Source of the DNA: Candidatus Bathyarchaeota archaeon
Lineage (GTDB): Archaea; Thermoproteota; Bathyarchaeia; Bathyarchaeales; Bathycorpusculaceae
Assembly (NCBI GenBank): GCA_963806535.1
Contig: CAWDYC010000011.1
Span: forward strand, 1 to 64,000
Direction: 5' to 3'
DNA length: 64,000 nucleotides
Of the stretch, positions 11,123 to 20,887 are shown in pieces. The notes beneath the pieces are model-generated. The model did no database searches and had not been told where the DNA came from. It worked only from the letters and a program-made list of their open reading frames with translations. Made by a program: the position numbers and the translations under genes. Position 1 is the first letter of the stretch. The number at the start of each line of letters is the position of its first letter.

Positions 11123-11176
11123 CTTATAATATTTAAAAATGGTGGATAACCTTGTAGGGAAAAGAAATCTGAGGTC

Positions 11177-12310
11177 CTACCATTTCTCAAAAAAGCGATT
11201 TACTAACCGTTTTTGGCAACTTATCAAAAACTTGCTTCCAAATGAAGACTGAACGAAATTTGGTATGATACCTTTTGCCATTGTAATTGTTACTCGTTGC
11301 TTGCATAAAGAAGTCCAAGTTTGATGGTGAGGGAGATCTGTCAGGAAATCTATGGTGTTAGTTTGTCCCTCATTAAACAAATCAAAGATAACTGATTTTC
11401 TAAGAAACTGCCCCGGATAGAATTTTCTGTATTTTTCGTCAAAAGATGTCTTAGTCAGGTAAGCAGTGTTTTTATAATGTATTACTAGAAGGTAGGCTAT
11501 TGTTTGGCCGTTTAATTCTAAAAACCAAACTTTCCATTTGAAAGCTGGTTCATTTTTAGCTGTAGTTTGAGAGGCATTCAGAATAGTCATTAGGTCCTCG
11601 TCGACATTATTACCGTTTTGGTTTCGCCAAACATCCTTCCAGCTTCTTCGCTCAACATCGAGAATTCTTTCAATGACTCCAGTTCCTTCATTTCCAACAA
11701 CGCATACGGTTTTCCATGGACCTGCTTGATCTAGCTTCTTCTCTGCTTTCTTGAATTGTTGCCGAAAATTCTTTCCCCGTAGGGACTGAAATTCATTCCA
11801 GCTACAGCTAACTGGAAGAATTCGATGCCCCATTTCAAAGGCTACTTTGAAAATAATTCCTTTAGCTTTGCATTGTTCCTTTAATATGTTAAAAGTGGGC
11901 GACTCAATTGGCAATGAGAATTCAACAAATTTGCAATTTAGATTTTTAAATAAGAAATTCAAAACCAAAGAAATTAAGATTTTTCTATTTTTATCATCTA
12001 CAATCAAGTCTGGTGAGTAAACAAATTTGTTTGTGAACTTAACGTATCGAACACCAAATCGCTTCCTTTCCATAAGTGGAACTATTCCAATTATTTTTTC
12101 TTCATAAGAAAAAACCAGAACTAATCCTGAATAATCAGTTGAATAACTGGACTTCATTATCTGCAGAACAAAACTGCGCAATAAGAAAGGGTTTTCAGAT
12201 GAGTGGCTTACGAGGTCATTCCAATTTCCCTCTATCGTTTGATCTGGATTTGAAGTAACTTGAACTTTTATTTCCTTTTTTTTAACCATTCCTATCAGTT
12301 CTTTTAACAT
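11177..12310 (-). CDS. GNAT acetyltransferase, CelD/BcsL-like
   Basis: WNDLV..NPFL, GKNFRQQFKKAEKKL, KTSFDEKYRKFYPGQFL motifs. Confidence 0.85.
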   Translation of the reverse strand: MLKELIGMVKKKEIKVQVTSNPDQTIEGNWNDLVSHSSENPFLLRSFVLQIMKSSYSTDYSGLVLVFSYEEKIIGIVPLMERKRFGVRYVKFTNKFVYSPDLIVDDKNRKILISLVLNFLFKNLNCKFVEFSLPIESPTFNILKEQCKAKGIIFKVAFEMGHRILPVSCSWNEFQSLRGKNFRQQFKKAEKKLDQAGPWKTVCVVGNEGTGVIERILDVERRSWKDVWRNQNGNNVDEDLMTILNASQTTAKNEPAFKWKVWFLELNGQTIAYLLVIHYKNTAYLTKTSFDEKYRKFYPGQFLRKSVIFDLFNEGQTNTIDFLTDLPHHQTWTSLCKQRVTITMAKGIIPNFVQSSFGSKFLISCQKRLVNRFFEKW

Positions 12311-12443
12311 GCTTGGCTATCGAGTACTTGCAAGAACTCTGCGAAATTGCGCCAGATTAAGTGATTATTTCGTAATACTTAATACTTGTATATTTTGAAT
12401 TCATTAACTTTTTAAAGCCTTTCAGAAGTACTTCAGATGGTCT

Positions 12444-13589
12444 ATGTCATTTAACAAAGAAGTGAAGGTTTTCAGGTCTATCTCTGAAATAGGCAAAGAA
12501 TCTGTAGATTCAATATCACATGATGGCTTCTTTACATTTGAGTGGTTTAAGACCCTTGAAACTCAACAGTCGTTCCATATAGACCCTATTTATATTGGAG
12601 TCTTCGAAGATGGCGACATGTCAGCATTAGCTCCCTGCTTCATAGATTTACAAGATCACTTTTTTATTGACGGACCCAAAAACATTCCTTTTCTGAAATT
12701 ACTATTATCATTAGGCCAAAAGTTTGGTTACTGCCAAGAGCATGTTTTACTCTGTTACTCTCCATTTTGTCTTAGAAGTAAAATTCTCCTAAAGAAAGAT
12801 CCTGATGGAAAACAACTTTTATCCTTATTATCCAAGACGATTGACAATGTCTGCAAAGAAAAACGAATTCTTTTCAGCTCATTTCTTTTTGTCTCAGAAT
12901 TTGATGAACTCTTAATGAAAAGCTTACCTAACCTTGGCTACTGGAGCAATGCAGGAACGTCGACGTTTTATCTTGATGTTCAATGGAAAAGTTTTGAGGA
13001 GTACTTGAAAAGCCTGAAAAACATGAACAGACATAGCATTAGACGCGAAATTAGAAAGTGCGCCGAAAATGGAGTCACCATAAAGGATAGCGATTTTAAC
13101 GATCTTTCAGAAAGATTGTCTGGCTTAACGGCAAATTTATTGTCAAAATATAATCAAAATTCAGAAAACAATATTTTTGATGCTAAATTTTTCCGCGTTC
13201 TCAACAAATATGCCGCAGACAAAACTAAGGTGTTTATGGCTGAGAAAAACGGAGAAATTGTGGGATTTAGTTTGTCGATGGTTCAAAATGATGTTTTGGA
13301 TGTTTTTATGTGTGGTTTCGATTATCAGGCTCAGTCGTCGACTGATTTCACTTACTTCAATTTATGTTACTACGCGCCCATCCAATGGTGCATAGAGCAA
13401 GGCATCAAGAAACTGTATTACAGACGTAAATCTGATAGGGCAAAACTCTATCGGGGCTGCAAAAAAGAGAGGACCTTCGCCTTTGTCAAATGCCAAGATC
13501 CAGTTCTAGACTTCTGCGTAAATAAGGCGATTAATAGCCCAGTTTACACTCAGCTAAAGTCAAGGATCCTTAATGGCTTTTTTCAATAA
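12444..13589 (+). CDS. GNAT/FemAB-like (DUF482-type) acyltransferase
   Basis: WKSFEEYLKSL..RHSIRREIRK, FTYFNLCYYAPIQWCIEQGIK..AKLYRG motifs. Confidence 0.8.
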   Translation: MSFNKEVKVFRSISEIGKESVDSISHDGFFTFEWFKTLETQQSFHIDPIYIGVFEDGDMSALAPCFIDLQDHFFIDGPKNIPFLKLLLSLGQKFGYCQEHVLLCYSPFCLRSKILLKKDPDGKQLLSLLSKTIDNVCKEKRILFSSFLFVSEFDELLMKSLPNLGYWSNAGTSTFYLDVQWKSFEEYLKSLKNMNRHSIRREIRKCAENGVTIKDSDFNDLSERLSGLTANLLSKYNQNSENNIFDAKFFRVLNKYAADKTKVFMAEKNGEIVGFSLSMVQNDVLDVFMCGFDYQAQSSTDFTYFNLCYYAPIQWCIEQGIKKLYYRRKSDRAKLYRGCKKERTFAFVKCQDPVLDFCVNKAINSPVYTQLKSRILNGFFQ

Positions 13590-13669
13590 GCCAGCTAATT
13601 CGAAAGAAATGCCCGAGTTACAAAGACTGACGAATACCTTGCCATTTTTTTCGTTTTCGGCAAATCCTG

Positions 13670-14803
13670 TTAAGCAGGTTTACCGATGGCGTTTGCCAAA
13701 AATTTTTGTGAAAGGGAACGTGCACTATAGACATAAGAAACGGGACTGTGAGTCATGTTCCACTTGTAAAATCTGCTTTTGAGCCCTTTACTGTTAAATT
13801 TGAACATCAGGTTGTTTCTTGTATTTTTGGTCCAGTGTGATTTGTATGCTTCATCGCCTCGTAAAAAGTCTAGTTCGTTAAGATTTCTGTTAATTGCATA
13901 CTTTATTAGATATTGAATGGCGAGCTGTCCAGGTTGGTAACTTGCGTATTCAGGATCAAAGCCGGTTAAGTAGCCGTAGATTTTTCCGTTATATTCAAAG
14001 TTGTAGACGGTTGAGACTGGGATGTCGTTAAATGTTAAAAAGAAAAGAGCCAGCCAGCCTTTCTTAGCAAAAGACTGTGCAAGGTCAACATGAAATTTTC
14101 TTGTAGTTTCGTTTGAGAAAACTCCACGCTCTCCTTTTGCGTTTTGACGCTTCTGATGAAGTCGAAAAAGGACGTCCATTGCTTCGGGTACAGACCTGAA
14201 TTTATCATATTTTACGAATTCTACTTTGTAATTGTTTAACGCTCGCCTTTCAAATCTTTTCAAGGTTCCTCGCGTATTTCGCCCCAAACTTTGCATATAA
14301 GAATCATAATTGCTTGGAAGTGAAATGTATGAGCATATGTTACTTCTTGATTGGCATCCTTTGAAAGTGTCTCCTTTTACATATTGGAGAAGTTTGGCGG
14401 TCAAGGATTCTTCCGGAACATCACTAAATTCAGCGTCGTCAACATTTGCGCAATCGACTATTGACTTCATTAAAGGGTTTATGGTTTTGGCAGCTTCTTG
14501 AAAATTGGTTATTAAGAAAGTTTGATAGTCTGCGTCGGGGGCACCGATGAATTTTGCTTCCGACCGTTGTGAACCGAAAACCTTATGCGTAGAGTAAATT
14601 ACTGGAACTGCGAGGGAAACTTCACCGTCTTTTTCAGAGGTGAAGAGCTTTAATTCCTTTCCTTGTCCAAAATGTTTCGACCAAGTTGCAAGCCATTCAT
14701 ATGTTACAAAAGGAGTGTTATCAAAACTTCTTGATAGTAGCCTGTTCCATGAGACTTCAAAATTGTGGACATTGTAAATTTGTTCTAATTCTAAGATTGC
14801 CAT
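13670..14803 (-). CDS. GNAT acetyltransferase, CelD/BcsL-like
   Basis: TPFVTYEWLATW, TGFDPEYASYQPGQL, LDFLRGDEAYKSHW motifs. Confidence 0.9.
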   Translation of the reverse strand: MAILELEQIYNVHNFEVSWNRLLSRSFDNTPFVTYEWLATWSKHFGQGKELKLFTSEKDGEVSLAVPVIYSTHKVFGSQRSEAKFIGAPDADYQTFLITNFQEAAKTINPLMKSIVDCANVDDAEFSDVPEESLTAKLLQYVKGDTFKGCQSRSNICSYISLPSNYDSYMQSLGRNTRGTLKRFERRALNNYKVEFVKYDKFRSVPEAMDVLFRLHQKRQNAKGERGVFSNETTRKFHVDLAQSFAKKGWLALFFLTFNDIPVSTVYNFEYNGKIYGYLTGFDPEYASYQPGQLAIQYLIKYAINRNLNELDFLRGDEAYKSHWTKNTRNNLMFKFNSKGLKSRFYKWNMTHSPVSYVYSARSLSQKFLANAIGKPA

Positions 14804-15011
14804 GAAGATGTCTTAAGATAGAAGACTTTTAAAAGGTATTTTCCTGATTAGAAATATATCGAAAATAGCAATATTAGGCAAACTGCTAATTAGCCATTTA
14901 TTATTTATGATAAGAAGCCGCAATTGATGAAAGAGCAACCTAATTTTCATTGAGCAGTAAAGAAGAAATGCGTAAAAAAGCTAAAAAAAATAAAATGGGA
15001 AAGAAACTAGA

Positions 15012-17237
15012 TTATTTTGTTTTTCGCCGAATTATGTAAGTTCCAAAAGCAACGGATGCCAGTGCCAAAGCAATGATGATTGTTATGCTTGAAAACTCAG
15101 GAACTGTTGGGGTTGTTGTTGGGTGGGTTGTGGGTGTAGGTGTGGGCGAATGGGTTGGAGTTGCTGTGTGCGAAGGAGTAGGTGTAGGCGTTATAGGTGT
15201 TGGAGTTGCTGTTGCCGGTGTAGAACTAGCCCAATTCCACGTTAGCGTCGAAGGAGCAGTTATTGCAAATGCTGTATCTATGGCGGAAGAACTGCCTGAG
15301 GCAGGAACACTTCCAGTGCCAGACCAACCTGAACAAATGTAGCCGGAAGCTGGCGAGGAAACATGCGCAGTTATGCTTGTGTTGTTATCGTACCAGCCAC
15401 TGGTAGGTGTAGGCGAATCATAGCTTGAAGTTACTGTTAGATAATACTGAGTTTTGTAATTAGCTGTCACTGTTGAAGGCGCTGAAACTGTGACGGATGT
15501 CGCTGTAGTATTGCCGGTAACTCCTGTGATTAGATATTGAGTTGTAGTGGTGCTAACGACTGCTTGAGATGTGTAGTTAAATGTGTAGACGGCGTTTGCA
15601 TTTGCCCAAGTTGAGAAGCCAGTTGAATTGTAGGTGTTTCCGTTGACTGTAACTAAATCACCGGTATAATCTGAACCTACGCCAGATTGCGTAACAGTTA
15701 AGTTGTATTGAGTCTGCCACACAGTTGAAGCTGTCTTAGGACCATTCATAGTGATAGCGTTCGATGTTAAAGCAATACCTGAAGCATCAGTTCCCCAATT
15801 GGTAAAGGCATATTGTATACCAGCGGTTCCAGGTGAAGTTACTGAATTAAGCGTAACGGTTGCAGTTGTGCCAGCGTTGTACCAGCCAGATCCGGTGACT
15901 GTACCATGCGCAGTGGTAGTTGTTAAGTAATACTGAGTTGTCCAGTTGGCATAAGCGGTTTTAGGTCCATTCATAACTATTGTGCTTGTAGTTGTGGAAG
16001 TGCCCGATGCGTCGCCACTCCAGTTTGTAAACACGTATTGAGTCCCAACCGGTATGCTGCTGTTTTGAGCGTTTCCTACTGTAGCCGGGGAAATATTAGC
16101 GGTTGTAGAACTACCGATGTCAAACCACGTGTTGTTGCTGGAAGAGGTGCCTTGAGGTGAAATTATTGTTAATTGGTATTGGTGTTCCCATGTGGCTGTT
16201 TCCGTGATGGCGCTGTTCATTGTAACTGAAGCAGGATTATTGAGACCGGTGTAACTGCCTACACCTGTGCCAACCCATCCGTTGAAAACGTATCGTTCCC
16301 CTTGTACAGGGGTGGGTGCAATAGCAGTTATGGTTACTTGTTCACCTTGGGCATATGAGGTTCCGTTTGTTGGAGTTGCAGTTCCAGCGTTAGAAAACAG
16401 AGTTAACACGTTTTGATTTAATCCAATATAGCTAGTGCTGACAACGACATCTGCAATATAATAGGTCCAAGTGTCGCTTGGATTAGTAACTGTTTGGCTT
16501 CCGCCAATGACGACATTAGCAGGAAGTCTTCCGCCAATACCAGAACCGTTACCATTATTCCACACATTTGTGATGTCGACAACAAGTTGGCCGTTAACAT
16601 ATAATTGTTCGGCTCCGTCTCCGTGAGCGAGAGTTGCAACAGTTTGTTTCAGTTCAACGCAAGTCCAGCCAACTGTGACTGGCACTGCAGTTGATGTTGA
16701 ATTACTAGTGCTGATTGAACGTGTAAAACCATTAAAGCTAGTCATAGAATCTCGGTAGAATATTCCCCAGTACAGTGTTCCATCTCTATTAGTCACGATA
16801 AGTTCACCGTCTCCGAAATTGCCGCCTTGACTGGTGGAAAAGCCTCCGACTTGATAGTAATCGCCGTTTGCTGAGGGCGTAGTTGTTGAAGTTATGTAAA
16901 CATATTCTCTTACATCTAATGGATTCTGCGGTGGAGAAGTCAACGTAAGTGGGTGATAGTACAAATTCTCATTTGAACCGACAACGACATTTTGAACACT
17001 ATATGGCTCGCCGTTGTTGGTGGTTTGGCTATTTATTTGAAGAGTGCCAGTCGTTACAGACCACGTACTCAAGCTGCCGCTTTGAAAATTGTCGCTGAAT
17101 ATTATGTCTGCTTTTGCAACTTTGACAAAGTTTAACGAACATGATAATGCTATAATGCTGATGAATGCAATCGTCAGTAAGAATTCTTTTTTCTTCATTT
17201 TCATTACTCTCCATGTATGATATTGATTCCTTATCAT
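15012..17237 (-). CDS. Secreted PEF-CTERM (archaeosortase-type) surface protein with beta-sandwich N-domain and WYD repeats
   Basis: Signal peptide (probable start near 17198), repeated TQYYLT..GSGWY modules, Pro/Thr linker, then VPEF, TM helix and RRKTK. Confidence 0.85.
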   Translation of the reverse strand: MIRNQYHTWRVMKMKKKEFLLTIAFISIIALSCSLNFVKVAKADIIFSDNFQSGSLSTWSVTTGTLQINSQTTNNGEPYSVQNVVVGSNENLYYHPLTLTSPPQNPLDVREYVYITSTTTPSANGDYYQVGGFSTSQGGNFGDGELIVTNRDGTLYWGIFYRDSMTSFNGFTRSISTSNSTSTAVPVTVGWTCVELKQTVATLAHGDGAEQLYVNGQLVVDITNVWNNGNGSGIGGRLPANVVIGGSQTVTNPSDTWTYYIADVVVSTSYIGLNQNVLTLFSNAGTATPTNGTSYAQGEQVTITAIAPTPVQGERYVFNGWVGTGVGSYTGLNNPASVTMNSAITETATWEHQYQLTIISPQGTSSSNNTWFDIGSSTTANISPATVGNAQNSSIPVGTQYVFTNWSGDASGTSTTTSTIVMNGPKTAYANWTTQYYLTTTTAHGTVTGSGWYNAGTTATVTLNSVTSPGTAGIQYAFTNWGTDASGIALTSNAITMNGPKTASTVWQTQYNLTVTQSGVGSDYTGDLVTVNGNTYNSTGFSTWANANAVYTFNYTSQAVVSTTTTQYLITGVTGNTTATSVTVSAPSTVTANYKTQYYLTVTSSYDSPTPTSGWYDNNTSITAHVSSPASGYICSGWSGTGSVPASGSSSAIDTAFAITAPSTLTWNWASSTPATATPTPITPTPTPSHTATPTHSPTPTPTTHPTTTPTVPEFSSITIIIALALASVAFGTYIIRRKTK

Positions 17238-17389
17238 AGAAGATGTTTTTAAAGTTTATTGATTACAAATAAGCTATTCCACCGCTATCCAGAGATTCTG
17301 AGTCATTAGCCTCTAATAATTAGTGATTGACGCCTCAAGAAAACGCAAGTTTAGCTTTTTGATTAGAGATTGTGAAACAAATTATTGTT

Positions 17390-17546
17390 GTGTTTTGAAC
17401 AAATTTTGTTGTTTGTGTTTTGAGTTGCTTTTCTGATTTAGGCTTTGATTTGTCTGCAGGATGCGTCACTATAAGTCACTAGAAGTCATAGGAAGTCACT
17501 AAAAGTCACTACGCGTCACCAAAAGTCACAGAAAGTCACCAAAAGA
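17390..17546 (+). repeat. Dispersed element copy E with 8 x 10-bp GTCA repeats
   Basis: TCTGCAGGATGCGTC at 17453-17467; GTCA every 10 bp from 17465 to 17535; 5 mismatches in 92 bp versus copy B. Confidence 0.95.
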
Positions 17547-17595
17547 GCATAGTTTGTTTTTTCCAGATTCCACTAATAGTCCACCGAGCAACAAC

Positions 17596-17750
17596 ATTTT
17601 TGCTGAATTTTGCTCAAGTTGTTTTGAGCTTCTTTTTTGATTATGAGCTTGTTTTGTTTGCAGGTTGCGTCTTAAAATGTAGGAAAATGTAGGAAAATGT
17701 GGGGATCTGTAAGAATCTGTAGAAAAATGTAAATAAATGTGAGAAAAAGG
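17596..17750 (+). repeat. Dispersed element copy F with 8 x 10-bp AAATGT-type repeats
   Basis: TTTGCAGGTTGCGTC at 17657-17671; GT every 10 bp from 17669 to 17739. Confidence 0.92.
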
Positions 17751-17781
17751 AAGAGATAGGTCGGTCTATTGCGCCTCGAAG

Positions 17782-17940
17782 GTTGTTGACGGTTTTTTGG
17801 CAGGGTTTGTTCTTTGTGTTTTAAGCTGGTTTCTTGAAATGAAGCTTGGTTTATTTGCAGGTTGCGTCAAAAATTGTCAATAAAAGTTAAAATAAGTCGA
17901 GAAAAGTCAAATAAAGTCAAAATAAGTGAAGGCAAGTGAA
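17782..17940 (+). repeat. Dispersed element copy G with 8 x 10-bp AAGTCA-type repeats
   Basis: Starts TTGTTGACGGTTTTTT as in copy H; junction at 17854-17868; GT every 10 bp from 17866 to 17936; 17882-17927 is identical to 63666-63711. Confidence 0.95.
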
Positions 17941-18021
17941 CACGGATCATTCTGGTCTCTAAATGGAGCTTTGACTTAATGAGGAAACATAAAATCTTTG
18001 ATTAAAAAAAGAAAAGAAAAT

Positions 18022-20361
18022 TTAGGTATCAAATTGTGGTTTCATTTGTTTTTTGAGTGCTTGCAGTTTTTTAACGCTTGGCGACTGCCTACGTTTAACA
18101 ACAAAAAGACCAACAACAACTACAACAACAGCAGCAGTTACAACAAGTGCTACAACAATGATTAACGTGTTACCTGAATTGTTGCCGCTAGACGTTCCGC
18201 CAGTGAGAGCAATGTCAAGTGGAGGCAACGGCTGAGCATTATAGTCAAGTGTTTCGTTCTGCGATGGATATCCCACTTTAATTATTGAGAAAGACGTATG
18301 ATCCCGCGGTAACATTTGTGAAAGTAACGTAACCCGTTGCGTTTGAAATCTCAAGCAGCGTAGACATTCCTGCTGGTTGAACAGTAGAGGTTACAATTGC
18401 GTCTTGTAATGGATTTCCGTGACTATCTTTGATGATGAATGCTAACGTTCCTGCGGTTGTTGCAGGAGTTGGCGTTGAGTGGTGTTGCTGTGGCTGTGGC
18501 GTTGGGGTTGGAGTCGTAGAAGGTGTTGGTGTGGATGATGGTGCCGGGGCTGGAGTAACAGTCACTGGTGTGGTTCCTTGTGCGCTTAAGTATCCAGTTT
18601 TAGACCCGCTTAGCAGTAACAGTGCAGGTTGTAGTTATTGAGAAACTTGGAGCGGTGAAACTAGTGTTATAGTAGCCGTTTCCTTGGTCGGTTACAGCGC
18701 CAAAAGTTCCACCATTATTTGAAGCGAAAGTAACTGTTGCACCCGTAACTGGAGCTCCATTAGCAGTTACATAAGCAGTGATTGCAGTCGTATATCCATT
18801 ATTAACGCTCGTTGGGTTAGCTGTTACTGTTATTTGTAGAGGTGAATAATCAATAAGATAAGTTGTTATTTGTGCTTGACCCGTAGTATAACCTGAAGCT
18901 TGGGCAGTGATTGTATTCACACCTGGAGCATTTGTTACAGTCAAGCTACCTGTGGCTTGTGTTTTGCCAAAGGGAATTGTTAGAATTTGACTTACAACTC
19001 CTACTGTTGGCATAGAAGAGAATAGGCTTACACTAACATCTGCCTGTGGATCTTTTGCTGGTCTACCCTGCGAATCTTGAAGTTGCACTTGGATGGCTTG
19101 GTATATTCCATTATCTGATGGAAGATTCTTACTACGCCTACCGTTGGCGTGAAGAGAAAAGATTTACGCTCACATCTGCCTGTGGATCTTTTGCAGGTCG
19201 TCCCTGTGAATCCTGAAGTTGCACTTGAATGGCTTGGTATATTCCATTATCTGATGGAAGGCTTGGTGGAACACAGTAAACAGCTAATTTTGATGGAATA
19301 AAACCAGTAGTTGTACTGTTTGTTGATCTCTTACGAAGATTTGTGGCTACTGCTGTTAATGGTTGTAGTACCTGCTTTGTATGTTGAATTAAAAGTTGCT
19401 AAAGCATAAGATTGTGATTGTGGAATTGTTATTTGTGGATCTATTTTTCCTACGGTTTGATCATTTGATGCTACAGTAACTGCTAACATCTGATTGGGCT
19501 AACGCAACGTAGGATGAGGCGTTTTGTAGTTCAATGGCAATTTGTGGGTAAGAGTTTTGGTCAGCTAAAACTTGAGAAGGTCCTACGAAGATTTTAAGCT
19601 GGTTTGCATTCGTTGCTATTGGTGTTGTAGTAATTGTTACTTGTTTAGACGTGTAATCCTGATGACTAAAGCAGTGATAATTGTTGATTCTGGTTTGGGG
19701 TTTGTTTCTGTATTTGCTTTTGTTGTTGTAGTGAAGTTGGCTGTGGCTGATGTTTGACCTTCAGGAATTGTGACAGAATGGATCCACTGTGCCTACGGAA
19801 GTATCTGAACATGAAAGTGCGACTTGTACGCCTCCTTGAGGGGCTCTTGCAGGGGAGCCGCTTGAATCTTGCAGCTGAACCATTATGGCGTTATATTTGT
19901 TTCCGTCTGCTGGAAGTGTTGATGGAAATCCATAAACTGCTATTTCGGATGGAATAGGTCCAATAGTGGTTATGGATGCTTGTACGGTTGAGTAGCCTGT
20001 TGCAGAGGCTGATATTGTTGTGGTTCCTGGGCTGAATGTGGTTTTAAAGTTTGCTGATGCAGATGTATCTCCCCTTAGGTATAGTAATTGATGAATCAAC
20101 TGTTCCAATGTTTGTAAGAGATGATGAAAGGCTTATCATTGTGTCTTGCAATGCTCTCGAAGGTTGCCCGCTGGAATCTTGTAATTGTACAAAAATACAG
20201 CTGTACGTGTTGTTATCTGCAAGTACGCTGGTTGGACCAGCATAAATATTGATTTTGGAAGGACCACTTGTTGAAGCAGAAGAAATATTTTGATTAAATA
20301 CTACAAATGCCGATGTTAAAATTAATATGGTTATTGTTACAGCTATTATTTTTTTCATCAT
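18022..20361 (-). CDS. Membrane-anchored surface protein with invasin/Big_1-like repeats and carboxypeptidase-regulatory-like domain; multiple frameshifts
   Basis: Signal peptide at 20361; repeated VQLQDSxGxPxRA modules across ORFs 20044..20361, 19761..20108 and 18600..19088; P/T linker; C-terminal TM helix plus KRR. Confidence 0.8.
18991..19260. repeat. About 134-bp tandem duplication with mostly synonymous differences
   Basis: 18991-19124 versus 19128-19260 encode the same peptide segment. Confidence 0.85.
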
Positions 20362-20423
20362 TTTTGTTTCCTCACTTTATTTATTTTTGTTTTTTTAGAT
20401 TAGCTTTTCTAGTATTTTTAGAG

Positions 20424-20775
20424 TTATTTTTTGATTTTTTTGAGACCAGTTTTGAAACTTCCGTTTCTGGTCCAGTGACTATTCTTTGGCAGAGAGTGCA
20501 GGAAATATTTGATAATTTCTATATGACAGTGAATCGTATGGTTCTTTGCATTCTTTAATTCGACATTCAGTAATAATTGGAATTTTGTTTTTATCTTCAC
20601 CATCCAAAACGAAAAAGCCGCATTGCCCATTTTTCGCATATTCACAATTTGATTTTTTTATTTCTCCGAAAAATGTAGCATTTGACAATATTTCAACTAA
20701 AGCTAAGACTTCTTCGTTATTCTGCTTTTCAATTTTGTCAACACGTCTATGCAGATCATCTATTTCTGTTACCAT
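20424..20775 (-). CDS. Small Cys-rich putative metal-binding protein; frameshifted
   Basis: MVTEIDDLHRRVDKIEK..CEYAKNGQCG..ECRIKECK, then HCH and CTLC in other frames; directly downstream of TFB. Confidence 0.55.
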
Positions 20776-20887
20776 GAGGAGATCTGACATCCAAGCGTTA
20801 ATTGATAAAGTTCTCTTATAAACTAAGAAAAAAGAAAATATTTTTGAAGAACCCAATGACTTTGAGAATAAAATGAAATGATAATAT

